Notes under the pieces: generated by a model
What the model saw: only the letters and a program-made list of their open reading frames with translations
What the model was told of the DNA's origin: nothing
The model's database searches: none
Shown here: positions 18,841 through 27,463 of the stretch, piece after piece
Layout of the letters: the number at the start of each line of letters is the position of its first letter
How positions within the stretch are numbered: position 1 is the stretch's first letter
DNA from: an uncultured Verrucomicrobiae bacterium
GTDB lineage: Bacteria > Verrucomicrobiota > Verrucomicrobiia > Chthoniobacterales > UBA10450
NCBI GenBank assembly: GCA_963737195.1
Contig: CAVTRW010000005.1
Location: forward strand, 159,982 to 223,981
Direction of reading: 5' to 3'
Length of the DNA: 64,000 nucleotides
Made by a program: the position numbers and the translations under genes

Positions 18841-19169
18841 GGCTCGCGGCCCATGTTGGTATCTTTGCTGTCCAATTCGTCGTTCTTAAAAGTGATGATG
18901 GCGAACTTCTTCCCGTCTTCGTAACGGTAGGTCGTCTTCTTGAAGATTATCATGTCCTTCGTTTCCATCGTCGTCGGCGGTCCTAAAATCTTTTCCACCT
19001 GCGCCTTCGACATGCCGGTGGTGACCTGGTCGTAATTGGCCGGGGTCAACTTTGAGCCGGTCAGCATATTGCGGTCGCAACTGCTGAAAACGAAGGCGAG
19101 CGCGGCGAGAAAAAGGACCGGTAAATGGAGTCTGTTCATCTTCATATTTTGCGTTTTCATCTGTCGCAT
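18837..19169 (-). CDS. small lipoprotein, paralog 2 (start uncertain)
   Basis: Lipobox VFSSC. It is a tandem paralog of 18568..18840 and lies between nuoD and nuoE. Confidence 0.55.
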   Translation of the reverse strand: MRQMKTQNMKMNRLHLPVLFLAALAFVFSSCDRNMLTGSKLTPANYDQVTTGMSKAQVEKILGPPTTMETKDMIIFKKTTYRYEDGKKFAIITFKNDELDSKDTNMGREP

Positions 19170-20419
19170 TCTCCCATGACGAAGTCCAGACTGCCGAGGA
19201 TGGCGACGACGTCGCTAACCATGTGGCCGGGCAACAATTCCGGAAGGATGCTCAGATTGACAAAGGACGGCGCGCGAATTTTCAGGCGATGCGGAACGCC
19301 GCCGCCTTTGCTGTTGATGTAAAAGCCCAGCTCGCCCTTCGGATTTTCCGCGGCGAAGTAAATTTCTCCCGCCGGCGCGTCCAAGCCTTCGGTCACGACG
19401 ATGAAATGATGAATCAGTTCCTCCATCTTCGTCATGACATGCGATTTCGGCGGCAGTGTATTTTTCCAATCGGCGACGTTGATCGGACCGCTCGGAAGTT
19501 TGTCGATGACCTGTCGCAAGATGCGAACGCTCTGCCGCATTTCTTCGATGCGAACGAGATAGCGATCGTAGCAATCGCCTGCGCTTCCGATAACAACGTC
19601 GAAGTCGTACTTGTCGTAATCGAGATACGGATGTTTGCGACGCAGGTCGTGTTCGATGCCGCTGCCGCGCAGGTTCGGACCGGAAAGCGCGTAAGCGATG
19701 GCGCGATCTTGAGTGATTACGCCGATGTCTTTTGTGCGATCGACAAAGATCCGATTGCGCGTGAGCAATTGATCGATCTCATCGAGTTGCGGAATAAAAT
19801 CGTCGCAAAACTTCTCAAGTTGCGGGATGAACGTCTCGGGTAAATCGCGGATCTGTCCGCCGACGCGCGTGTAAGAAGTGGTGAAGCGCGCGCCGGTTAG
19901 TAGTTCGAACAAATTGTAGAGCTTTTCGCGTTCGGTAAACGTGTAGAGAAAAACGGTCATCGCACCGAGATCGAGCGCCATCGCACCCAGGCCTAACAAA
20001 TGCGCGGAGATGCGCGACGTTTCGCAGCAGATTGTGCGAATGGCCTGACCTCGCGGCGGCAGTTCCCAACCCATCAATTTTTCCACCGCCAGCGCGTAGG
20101 CGACGTTGTTGGAAAGCGGCGCCAGATAATCGAGTCGGTCCGTGTAAGGAACGAACTGATTGTATTGCATGTTCTCCGCGATCTTCTCATCGCCGCGATG
20201 CAGATAACCGACATCGGGCGTCGCTTTGGTGATGATCTCGCCGTCGAGCTCGAGAACGAGACGCAGGACTCCGTGCGTTGCCGGATGCGACGGGCCCATG
20301 TTGAGCACCATCTTTTCGCCGATGTCGTCGCCCGGATTTTCGTTGCGCAACTTTGCATCCGCCGCGACCACGCGCGTGACGGAATCGGGGGTTTCGATTT
20401 CGCGCGTGGTAAGAGCCAT
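19157..20419 (-). CDS. nuoD: NADH-quinone oxidoreductase subunit D
   Basis: Start at MALTTREIE (20419). The protein carries LNMGPSHPATHGVLRL and the C-terminal DFVMGECDR signature. Confidence 0.9.
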   Translation of the reverse strand: MALTTREIETPDSVTRVVAADAKLRNENPGDDIGEKMVLNMGPSHPATHGVLRLVLELDGEIITKATPDVGYLHRGDEKIAENMQYNQFVPYTDRLDYLAPLSNNVAYALAVEKLMGWELPPRGQAIRTICCETSRISAHLLGLGAMALDLGAMTVFLYTFTEREKLYNLFELLTGARFTTSYTRVGGQIRDLPETFIPQLEKFCDDFIPQLDEIDQLLTRNRIFVDRTKDIGVITQDRAIAYALSGPNLRGSGIEHDLRRKHPYLDYDKYDFDVVIGSAGDCYDRYLVRIEEMRQSVRILRQVIDKLPSGPINVADWKNTLPPKSHVMTKMEELIHHFIVVTEGLDAPAGEIYFAAENPKGELGFYINSKGGGVPHRLKIRAPSFVNLSILPELLPGHMVSDVVAILGSLDFVMGECDR

Positions 20420-20507
20420 AATTGGGCGTTCGTTTATGCTCGCGAGTCGAGCATTGGCCGTGCAAGCGCAAAGATTAAGTGGGACGCGACGTGGCGCGTT
20501 CATCGTT

Positions 20508-20602
20508 GTCACCCCGAACGTAGTGAGGGACCTCACGAAGATACGGTCTGGTGTGGTGGACCAGTAGTGAATCGTGAGGTCCCTCGCTTTGCTCGGGATG
20601 GC
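20508..20602. repeat. palindromic element family A, copy 3
   Basis: gtcaccccgaacgtagtgagggacctcacg ... cgtgaggtccctcgctttgctcgggatggc, in the divergent nuoD/fabD intergenic region. Confidence 0.8.
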
Positions 20603-20660
20603 AAGCATGGTTCCCGACTATGCTCGCTCTTGAATGGAAATACGGCTAACTAAGGAACCA

Positions 20661-21596
20661 ATGCCAAAGATCGCACTTCTCTTTGCGGGCCAAGGTGCGC
20701 AGAGCGTTGGGATGGGCCGCGATCTCGCGGATCAATTTCCAACCGCCGCCGAGATGTTTGAGCAAGCGGACGAAATTCTCGGGCGCAAGCTGAGCGAGAT
20801 CGCGTGGAATGGTCCCATTGAGGAACTGACGAAGACCTCGAACTGTCAGCCGGCGCTTTTTGTTCATGGTCTCGCGGCGCTGGCGGTCTTGCGCGCACTT
20901 GCGGGGGAATTTCCGATCGAAGGCGCTGCCGGCCTTTCGTTAGGCGAGTTAACCGCACATGCTGCCGCCGGCACTTTTGATTTTGCCGAGGGATTGAAAC
21001 TGGTGCAGAAGCGCGGGCAATTCATGGATGAAGCCTGCGCGGCAACGATCGGCGGAATGGCGGCAATGATCGGCGCGGCAGAAAACGATGTGCGTCGTCT
21101 CGCGGCCGATGAAGATGTGGATATTGCGAACATCAATTCACCGGGGCAAATCGTTGTCTCCGGAGAGCTGGCCAAAGTCGAAGCGGCCGTCGGTGTGGCC
21201 AGGGAATATGGTGTGCGCCGCGCGACGTTGCTCAATGTCGCGGGCGCGTATCACTCGCGGTTGATGCAAGACGCGTATGAAAAATTCGGACATGCTTTGT
21301 GGCACGTAATGATTCAGGCGCCCCGATTTGCCGTAGTAAGCAACGTTACCGGCGCGGAAGTTCATACTCCGGCTGAAATCAGACAAACACTTCAGGAGCA
21401 AGTGACGGCCACAGTTCGCTGGGTTGATTGCATGCAGCGGTTGCTCGATCGCGGATGCGATTTTTTCATCGAGCTTGGTCCGGGAAATGTGCTCGGCGGT
21501 TTACTGCAACGCATTCAAAAAGGAACGGAAGTCGTCAGCGTTGGAGATAGTGCGTCAGTGCAGAGCGCGGTGGAGAAATTGCGAGCGGCAGTGTGA
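20661..21596 (+). CDS. fabD: ACP S-malonyltransferase
   Basis: Start at MPKIALLFAGQGAQ, preceded by AAGGAA. The active-site motif is GLSLGE. Confidence 0.9.
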   Translation: MPKIALLFAGQGAQSVGMGRDLADQFPTAAEMFEQADEILGRKLSEIAWNGPIEELTKTSNCQPALFVHGLAALAVLRALAGEFPIEGAAGLSLGELTAHAAAGTFDFAEGLKLVQKRGQFMDEACAATIGGMAAMIGAAENDVRRLAADEDVDIANINSPGQIVVSGELAKVEAAVGVAREYGVRRATLLNVAGAYHSRLMQDAYEKFGHALWHVMIQAPRFAVVSNVTGAEVHTPAEIRQTLQEQVTATVRWVDCMQRLLDRGCDFFIELGPGNVLGGLLQRIQKGTEVVSVGDSASVQSAVEKLRAAV

Positions 21597-21647
21597 TTGC
21601 CGGGGGAGCGATTTGCGTTTGTCTTACGCGATGTCTAGCGTCGCAGA

Positions 21648-22100
21648 ATGACGCTTCAGCAACGGATCGATTCGGACTTGAAAGATGCCATGCGCGCAAA
21701 GGACGCGACGCGCCTGGGCGTTTTGCGCATGCTCAAGTCCGCACTCAAGTATGCCGCGATCGAGAAATCCGGACCGGAAGCCGAGCTGGCTGATGCCGAG
21801 GCGACACAGGTCATTCGTAAGCAGGCAAAACAGCGACAGGATTCAATCGACAGTTTTGAAAAGGGCGGGCGCGCGGAATTGGCGGCGAAGGAAAAACAGG
21901 AACTGGAAATTCTGAACAGTTATCTGCCGCAACAGTTGAGCGCTGAAGAATTATCCCAACTTGTACGTGAAACGATCGCCTCGTTAGGCGCGACTTCCAA
22001 GGCGCAAATGGGCATGGTGATGAAAGAGCTGCAGGCGAGGGCGGCCGGACGCGCCGACGGCAAGACACTGAGTCAGGAAGTGCAGCGCCAGTTGCCGTGA
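21648..22100 (+). CDS. GatB/YqeY domain-containing protein
   Basis: The 150-aa protein reads MTLQQRIDSDLKDAMRAKD...LRMLKSALKYAAIEK, typical of YqeY. Confidence 0.8.
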   Translation: MTLQQRIDSDLKDAMRAKDATRLGVLRMLKSALKYAAIEKSGPEAELADAEATQVIRKQAKQRQDSIDSFEKGGRAELAAKEKQELEILNSYLPQQLSAEELSQLVRETIASLGATSKAQMGMVMKELQARAAGRADGKTLSQEVQRQLP

Positions 22101-22104
22101 AGAA

Positions 22105-22200
22105 AACATCGAACATCCAACATCGAACGCCGAACGCCGAACGCGGAAGGATTTCACTTCGATGTTCGATGTTCGATGTTGGACGTTCGATGTTGGATGC
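22105..22200. repeat. long hairpin built from CGAAC / GTTCG units between the yqeY-like gene and ispD
   Basis: catccaacatcgaacg pairs perfectly with cgttcgatgttggatg. The inner arms are (cgaacgc)n versus (gttcgat)n. Confidence 0.7.
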
Positions 22201-22218
22201 TGGATCTTTCTCAATGGC

Positions 22219-22914
22219 ATGCTGACAGCGATCATCGTCGCGGCCGGCAGCGGCCAACGCATGGGGTTCGACAAGCTATTCGCGCTGCTAGGCGACAAAC
22301 CTGTGCTCGCTCATGCAATCGCTGCGTTCGAAAACACGGCGCAGGTAGATGAGATCGTTTTGGTTGTGCGCAAAGAGCAGGTCGAAGCGCACGAGAAACT
22401 CATCCGCGGACCCGCGTTTGCAAAGGTTCGAAAAATCATTCCCGGCGGGGAACGCCGTCAGGATTCGGTCCGCGCCGGATTGAAGGCGCTCAGTGGCGAT
22501 ACGCAGTTCGTTGCCGTGCACGATGCCGCGCGTCCGCTCGTTAGGCCAGCGCAGATCGCACAGGTGTTTGAAATGTGCCGACGGCATGGGGCGGCCGCTT
22601 TGGCTGAGCCCGTAAAAGATACGCTCAAGCGCGTGGGCGAAGATGGCTTCATCTGCGCTTCGGTGGATCGCGAACGAATGTATGCGTTGCAAACGCCACA
22701 GATATTTATGCGCGAGCTCCTGGAGCGAGCTTATGATGCGATCTTCTCCGGGAGCATTGTCGTGACCGACGAAACTTCGGCGCTGGACCACATCGGCGAG
22801 AAGGTCGCGATCGTTTCGAACAACGATTTCAATTTTAAGATCACCTTTCCGAACGATTTGCTGCTCGCGGAATCGATCCTGGCGCAGCGCGCAAAAGAGA
22901 AATCCAATCGTTAG
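22219..22914 (+). CDS. ispD: 2-C-methyl-D-erythritol 4-phosphate cytidylyltransferase
   Basis: Start at MLTAIIVAAGSGQRMG (22219). The conserved motif VAVHDAARPLV is present. Confidence 0.9.
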   Translation: MLTAIIVAAGSGQRMGFDKLFALLGDKPVLAHAIAAFENTAQVDEIVLVVRKEQVEAHEKLIRGPAFAKVRKIIPGGERRQDSVRAGLKALSGDTQFVAVHDAARPLVRPAQIAQVFEMCRRHGAAALAEPVKDTLKRVGEDGFICASVDRERMYALQTPQIFMRELLERAYDAIFSGSIVVTDETSALDHIGEKVAIVSNNDFNFKITFPNDLLLAESILAQRAKEKSNR

Positions 22915-23885
22915 GTTACGCCAAAATGCGTTCGTGCATGTTTTGCCACCTGCGCGACATGCTTAAGCTCGAAAGTCTGTCTGCTCTTTTTCTTCGAGCC
23001 GGCGGGCAGATCGCGCACGCGGGATAGCTGTCCGCTTTTCCAGACCCACGCGTTGTCGTTGTAAGGACCGACCCGACGGGGATCAGTCCATGTGTGAATT
23101 GAAATAAGACGATCGTTAACGGCGGCGCCGATGTGCATGGGTCCGCTGTCGACGCTGATGAAGAAGCGAGCCTTGCGGATGAGGTGGATTAGTTGCAGGA
23201 GCGTCGTTTGATTACTCAGATCGATGCAATTGTCGGGCGCGGAAAAACGGCGCCGCGTCACGCCGACAACAACAACGCGCGCTGGGGCGAAGTTGCGACA
23301 GAACTCTGCGATGACTTCGTTCGAGAGCGATTTTCGCCGTCCGCGCGCGTAGGGATGCAACAGGATGAATGGATCATCGTGCTCGAAGTGTTGCAGCGCA
23401 TCGCCGGTCGGAAGCGGGAAACGCAATGGTCGCTTGATCTGCGCGCCAAAAGTTTCCGCAAGCTTGAGATAACGTTCGACTGCATGAGCGCCACGATCCA
23501 CGCGTGTGATGCGGTCATAGACGAGTCGCGAACCTTCGCGGGCATCGCTCATTCCCAAAACTTCACGTGCGCGACTAACGCGCGCGATGAACGCACTGCG
23601 CAACAATCCTTGAAAATCGAGGGCGGCATCGGGTTTGAGTTGCCGCGTTTTTTTTATCCAGCTCAGTAAATTTGTTGAAACACGAAAGGCGCCCCGCAGT
23701 TCGTCGCGGGGAAAAATGTGAACGTGATTGACATCGCGATTGCCGCGCAAAAGCGGCGCCCACTCTGGATTAATGACCCAGCTGATTCGCGCAGTGGGAT
23801 TCGCTTCACGAATGGCGGCGACGGCAGGCAGCGTGTGGACGATGTCGCCTAACGAACTCGGCTTGATGATGAGAATCGATTTCAG
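22911..23885 (-). CDS. glycosyltransferase family 9 (heptosyltransferase-like), probable CTG start
   Basis: The conserved N-terminus (K)SILIIKPSSLGDIVHTLPAVAAIREANP is in frame upstream of the listed TTG at 23750. No ATG/GTG/TTG occurs between the upstream TGA (23889-23891) and 23750. Confidence 0.7.
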   Translation of the reverse strand: MKSILIIKPSSLGDIVHTLPAVAAIREANPTARISWVINPEWAPLLRGNRDVNHVHIFPRDELRGAFRVSTNLLSWIKKTRQLKPDAALDFQGLLRSAFIARVSRAREVLGMSDAREGSRLVYDRITRVDRGAHAVERYLKLAETFGAQIKRPLRFPLPTGDALQHFEHDDPFILLHPYARGRRKSLSNEVIAEFCRNFAPARVVVVGVTRRRFSAPDNCIDLSNQTTLLQLIHLIRKARFFISVDSGPMHIGAAVNDRLISIHTWTDPRRVGPYNDNAWVWKSGQLSRVRDLPAGSKKKSRQTFELKHVAQVAKHARTHFGVT

Positions 23886-23888
23886 AAA

Positions 23889-24611
23889 TCAGCGACCGAT
23901 GCTTAATCGGTCGGCAAGCAATCGCGGGAGGCCGGCCTGCACAATCTTCTTCTTCGCGGTTTCGACATCATATTTTACGCGCCGCTGCTCGACCACGTTT
24001 CGCTCCGTATCGAAAATGCAATAGGCCGCACGCCAATCGCCGTCGCGCGGCTGGCCGACGCTTCCCGCGTTGATGAAATATTTTTTTGCCGGATCAATTG
24101 TGATCTGCTGGACCTGCAGCCGTTGCACGCCGGCATCTCGCACGTAGACGACGGGAACGTGAGTATGCCCAAAAAAACAAACCGTCGTGTGCTGATACGT
24201 GAGACTGTTGGCGGCGTCGATATTGTTGAGGACATAGTCCCAAAGACCGGGGCTATCCAGTGTGGCGTGCACGATGGTGAAATCGCGCACCTGCCGCAGC
24301 AATCGCAATTCGCGCAACCATTCCTTGTCGGCGTCGGTCAGATTTTCGCGCGTCCAGTTGATCGCATGCTCGGCCAGCTCATTAAAACCGCGTGAAGGCT
24401 CGAGCAACGACGCCTGTTCGTCGTGATTTCCCTTGATCGCGGGGCAATCCAGTTCGCGAACAATCTCGACGCATTCATGCGGGTTGGCGTTGTAGCCGAC
24501 GATGTCGCCGAGACAAACGTGGTGCGAGCAGTTTTGTTTTTGCGCATCCTCGAGTACGGCTTTCATCGCTTCGAGATTGGCGTGGATATCACTAAAAATC
24601 GCGAAGCGCAT
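23889..24611 (-). CDS. metallophosphoesterase family protein
   Basis: Motifs are MRFAIFSDIHAN, GDIVGY, GNHD and GHTH. Confidence 0.8.
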   Translation of the reverse strand: MRFAIFSDIHANLEAMKAVLEDAQKQNCSHHVCLGDIVGYNANPHECVEIVRELDCPAIKGNHDEQASLLEPSRGFNELAEHAINWTRENLTDADKEWLRELRLLRQVRDFTIVHATLDSPGLWDYVLNNIDAANSLTYQHTTVCFFGHTHVPVVYVRDAGVQRLQVQQITIDPAKKYFINAGSVGQPRDGDWRAAYCIFDTERNVVEQRRVKYDVETAKKKIVQAGLPRLLADRLSIGR

Positions 24612-24614
24612 TCC

Positions 24615-25382
24615 TTAATGAGTGTTGGGTGCTGGGTCGGGAATGCGTTGCTGGAGTGGAATGTTAAGTTTGGTTTCGAGATATTTCAGGCGCGTGATCA
24701 AAGTGGGCAGCCGTTCATTTTCACCGGCAAGATAAAGTTCGTGTAGACGCTGATAAGCTTCGTTCTCGCGTCCTTCGCAATAGGAAAGCTCGTAGGCGGC
24801 GAATCTTTTTTCATAACTGGGCGCACCCGGACGTTGCGCGGCGAGAGCGTAGTAGCGCGATGCATTTTCGTGATCATGATATTTGTCGCGGTAAAGTCGC
24901 GCGAGCGCATCGTAAAGTTGCGGTTGATCGGGATTATTTTTGATACCGCGTTCGAGAAAATCCTTGCCGAGCGCGAAATATTCCCGCTGCGCTTTCACAC
25001 GCAAGGCCTGGCGCGGCTGGCCCGGATCATTTAACGCCGCCACGCTCGCATTCCACGCCATGTGCCACGCCGCCATGTCCCAAAATAAAATGGAATGCGG
25101 TTGGAGCGTAGTCGCTTCGCGGAAAAGGAGCAGCACGCGGCCCCACTCGGTTCGTTCCCACGCGACATGCGCCTGGATGAAAGCGACGTCGGCCACAAGC
25201 GAGCGAAAACCGCTCAGCGCTGCAATAAACGCGCCCTGGCCGATTTGTTCGCGCAGATTGAGATCAAGGTTCGTGCTGCGAAAACGCAGTTGCTGATGCG
25301 TGGTCGCGAGACGCGCCTCGACCGGCAACCTGACGGCGCCGACTACGATCACGATTACAAGCACGATAAGTATGCGCATCAC
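24615..25382 (-). CDS. membrane-anchored TPR-like hypothetical protein
   Basis: An N-terminal TM helix is followed by a helical-repeat-rich remainder. No specific family was recognised. Confidence 0.4.
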   Translation of the reverse strand: MMRILIVLVIVIVVGAVRLPVEARLATTHQQLRFRSTNLDLNLREQIGQGAFIAALSGFRSLVADVAFIQAHVAWERTEWGRVLLLFREATTLQPHSILFWDMAAWHMAWNASVAALNDPGQPRQALRVKAQREYFALGKDFLERGIKNNPDQPQLYDALARLYRDKYHDHENASRYYALAAQRPGAPSYEKRFAAYELSYCEGRENEAYQRLHELYLAGENERLPTLITRLKYLETKLNIPLQQRIPDPAPNTH

Positions 25383-26287
25383 AATTCCTTACCGTAAAAT
25401 ACGACCGCGGCGAGGAGCAGGTAAAGTGTCGTGTAGAACACGCCAAGCAACGTCGTGTTCAAAAAAAGCGCGGCCGGAATGGCAACGCCTGCGACGGCGT
25501 CATCGACCAGGTTAAAAGCCTGCAGATCCGGAAACACCAGCGCAACGAAACCGAGGAAGGCATGCTTGATCCAACCGACGCTGTGTTGTTGCAGCCAGTA
25601 GGTTCGCGCGGTGGCCTGCAAATGTCCGATGAAATAAATGAAAGCCATGACGACGATCGTAAAAATATTCGACGTGGCGAACGTTGAGACGAAAAGAGTG
25701 AGCGAGGCGAGCAGGCAACCCTTGAAGTAAATAATCACAATCGCCGGCAACAGGCTGGCGTTAAATGCCGAGGCGCGGACCGTTCGCAGCGCGTCATTGA
25801 TTTGCTCAGCTGGCAAGCCGGAAATTTGGCGTGCGGTTTCGCGCAGGACGGTTTGTTCGCGCAGATACAGCACGGCAAAAAAGAGCGCGCTCATAAAAAC
25901 GATACTGAAGGCGAGAAGCAGAACGACACCGGCCAATTTCCCGAGAAGATACTCAAAGCGCGAGACCGGTTTGGCGAGAATGGTATAGATGGTGCGATCT
26001 TCCAGTTCCTGCGAGAGCAGCCGCGCCGTGCTCGCGATCGCGAGGAGCGAAATGAAAATACTCATCGCGCCCAGCGCCACGTCCTTCAGTAATTGAAATT
26101 CCTGCTGAAAACTCAGCGGCGCCAGAAAGCCGGAAGTGCCAATGAGAAGCAGCGCGAAAAGGAGGATGAAGTAGAAAATTTTCTGCCGCGTCAGTTCCGT
26201 CAGCGTGTTGACGGTAATGGCGGTAACACGGCGGAACGAGAAGACAGCATGTCCCTCATCGCGGGACTTTCCGGATTTGTTGGACAT
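25379..26287 (-). CDS. ABC-2 type transporter permease
   Basis: The six-TM protein lies directly downstream of the ABC ATPase. The start at MSNKSGK (26287) avoids overlap with the ATPase gene. Confidence 0.6.
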   Translation of the reverse strand: MSNKSGKSRDEGHAVFSFRRVTAITVNTLTELTRQKIFYFILLFALLLIGTSGFLAPLSFQQEFQLLKDVALGAMSIFISLLAIASTARLLSQELEDRTIYTILAKPVSRFEYLLGKLAGVVLLLAFSIVFMSALFFAVLYLREQTVLRETARQISGLPAEQINDALRTVRASAFNASLLPAIVIIYFKGCLLASLTLFVSTFATSNIFTIVVMAFIYFIGHLQATARTYWLQQHSVGWIKHAFLGFVALVFPDLQAFNLVDDAVAGVAIPAALFLNTTLLGVFYTTLYLLLAAVVFYGKEL

Positions 26288-26300
26288 GAGGAAGATCCGC

Positions 26301-27158
26301 CTAACGATCTTTGGTCGTCTCGATAAAGAGCCGCTCGAGTGTCGTCTGCGGCCGGCGTTGTTCGACAAGGCGCGCGGACGAATTTTCGATCACAGCTTCG
26401 ATTTGCCGGAGGAGTTCGGGCGACGCGTTTTCGAGAATGAGCTCGGTTTGATTTTCGATCGCGATCATTTCACGCAGCGGCCCTTCGCGAACGAGCCGGC
26501 CTTGCGCGAGAATGCCCACGCGGTCGCAAATTTCCTGCACCTGTCCAAGCAGATGCGATGAGAGCAAAACGGTTACGCCGCGCTGCTTCAAATCGAGAAT
26601 GAGATCGCAGATTTCGCGAGAGCCAATGGGGTCGACCCCGGCCGTAGGTTCGTCGAGAACGACAAGCCGCGGTTCGTGAATGAGCGCCTGGGCCAGTCCA
26701 ATTCGCTGCAACATTCCTTTGGAGTATCCGCTGAGACGGCGATCGCGTGCATTCGTTAGGCCAACCAACTCGAGCAGCTCGGCGACGCGTTGTTGCAAGC
26801 GCTTCCCGTGCAGGCCGGAAAGTTTGCCGTAAAAGCGCAGCGTCTCCTCGCCAGTGAGAAATTTGTAGAAGTACGGGTTTTCGGGCAGAAAGCCGACCAT
26901 GGTCCGGCTGTCGACACGCCGGCTGTCGCGTCCAAAAATTTCCACGCGGCCACGCGTCGGCCAAAGCAAACCGAGAATAATTTTCAGCGTCGTGCTTTTG
27001 CCGGAGCCGTTTGGTCCGAGCAATCCGTAAACCTGGCCGGCTTCCACTTCGAGGTTGAGATCACGCAATGCGACGATCGGTTCTCGCCGGAACGAGACCG
27101 GGAAAATTTTTGTTAGTCCACGCGCCGCAATCGCGAGTTCAGTCATAACGGATTTCAA
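26301..27158 (-). CDS. ABC transporter ATP-binding protein
   Basis: Walker A GPNGSGKST, signature LSGYSKGMLQR, Walker B LVVLDEP. Confidence 0.9.
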   Translation of the reverse strand: MKSVMTELAIAARGLTKIFPVSFRREPIVALRDLNLEVEAGQVYGLLGPNGSGKSTTLKIILGLLWPTRGRVEIFGRDSRRVDSRTMVGFLPENPYFYKFLTGEETLRFYGKLSGLHGKRLQQRVAELLELVGLTNARDRRLSGYSKGMLQRIGLAQALIHEPRLVVLDEPTAGVDPIGSREICDLILDLKQRGVTVLLSSHLLGQVQEICDRVGILAQGRLVREGPLREMIAIENQTELILENASPELLRQIEAVIENSSARLVEQRRPQTTLERLFIETTKDR

Positions 27159-27420
27159 AGCCGCGCATCGCCGCTGTATCGGGCAACGATTTCGTTTCGT
27201 ATTTTCTAATGTGGGAGCGCAACTCGCTTTGCTGGATTGCGTCGAGAAACGCGTTCACCTCATCCTCTGCTCCCTTGACCTGCATTTCGACGCGGCCATC
27301 ACGCAAATTTTTGACCCAGCCTGTGACATCGAAACCTTTGGCGATGTGACGAACGGTATAACGGAAACCGACTCCCTGGACATTTCCTTCGAACAAGACC
27401 TGCATCGCACTCACCGGCAA
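27139..27420 (-). CDS. acyP: acylphosphatase
   Basis: The 93-aa protein has GNVQGVGFRY and GWVKNLRDGRVE motifs. Confidence 0.8.
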   Translation of the reverse strand: MPVSAMQVLFEGNVQGVGFRYTVRHIAKGFDVTGWVKNLRDGRVEMQVKGAEDEVNAFLDAIQQSELRSHIRKYETKSLPDTAAMRGFEIRYD

Positions 27421-27463
27421 ACAATGGCCGGAAAAAATGCGACGGCCAAGCGCGGATGCGGTG

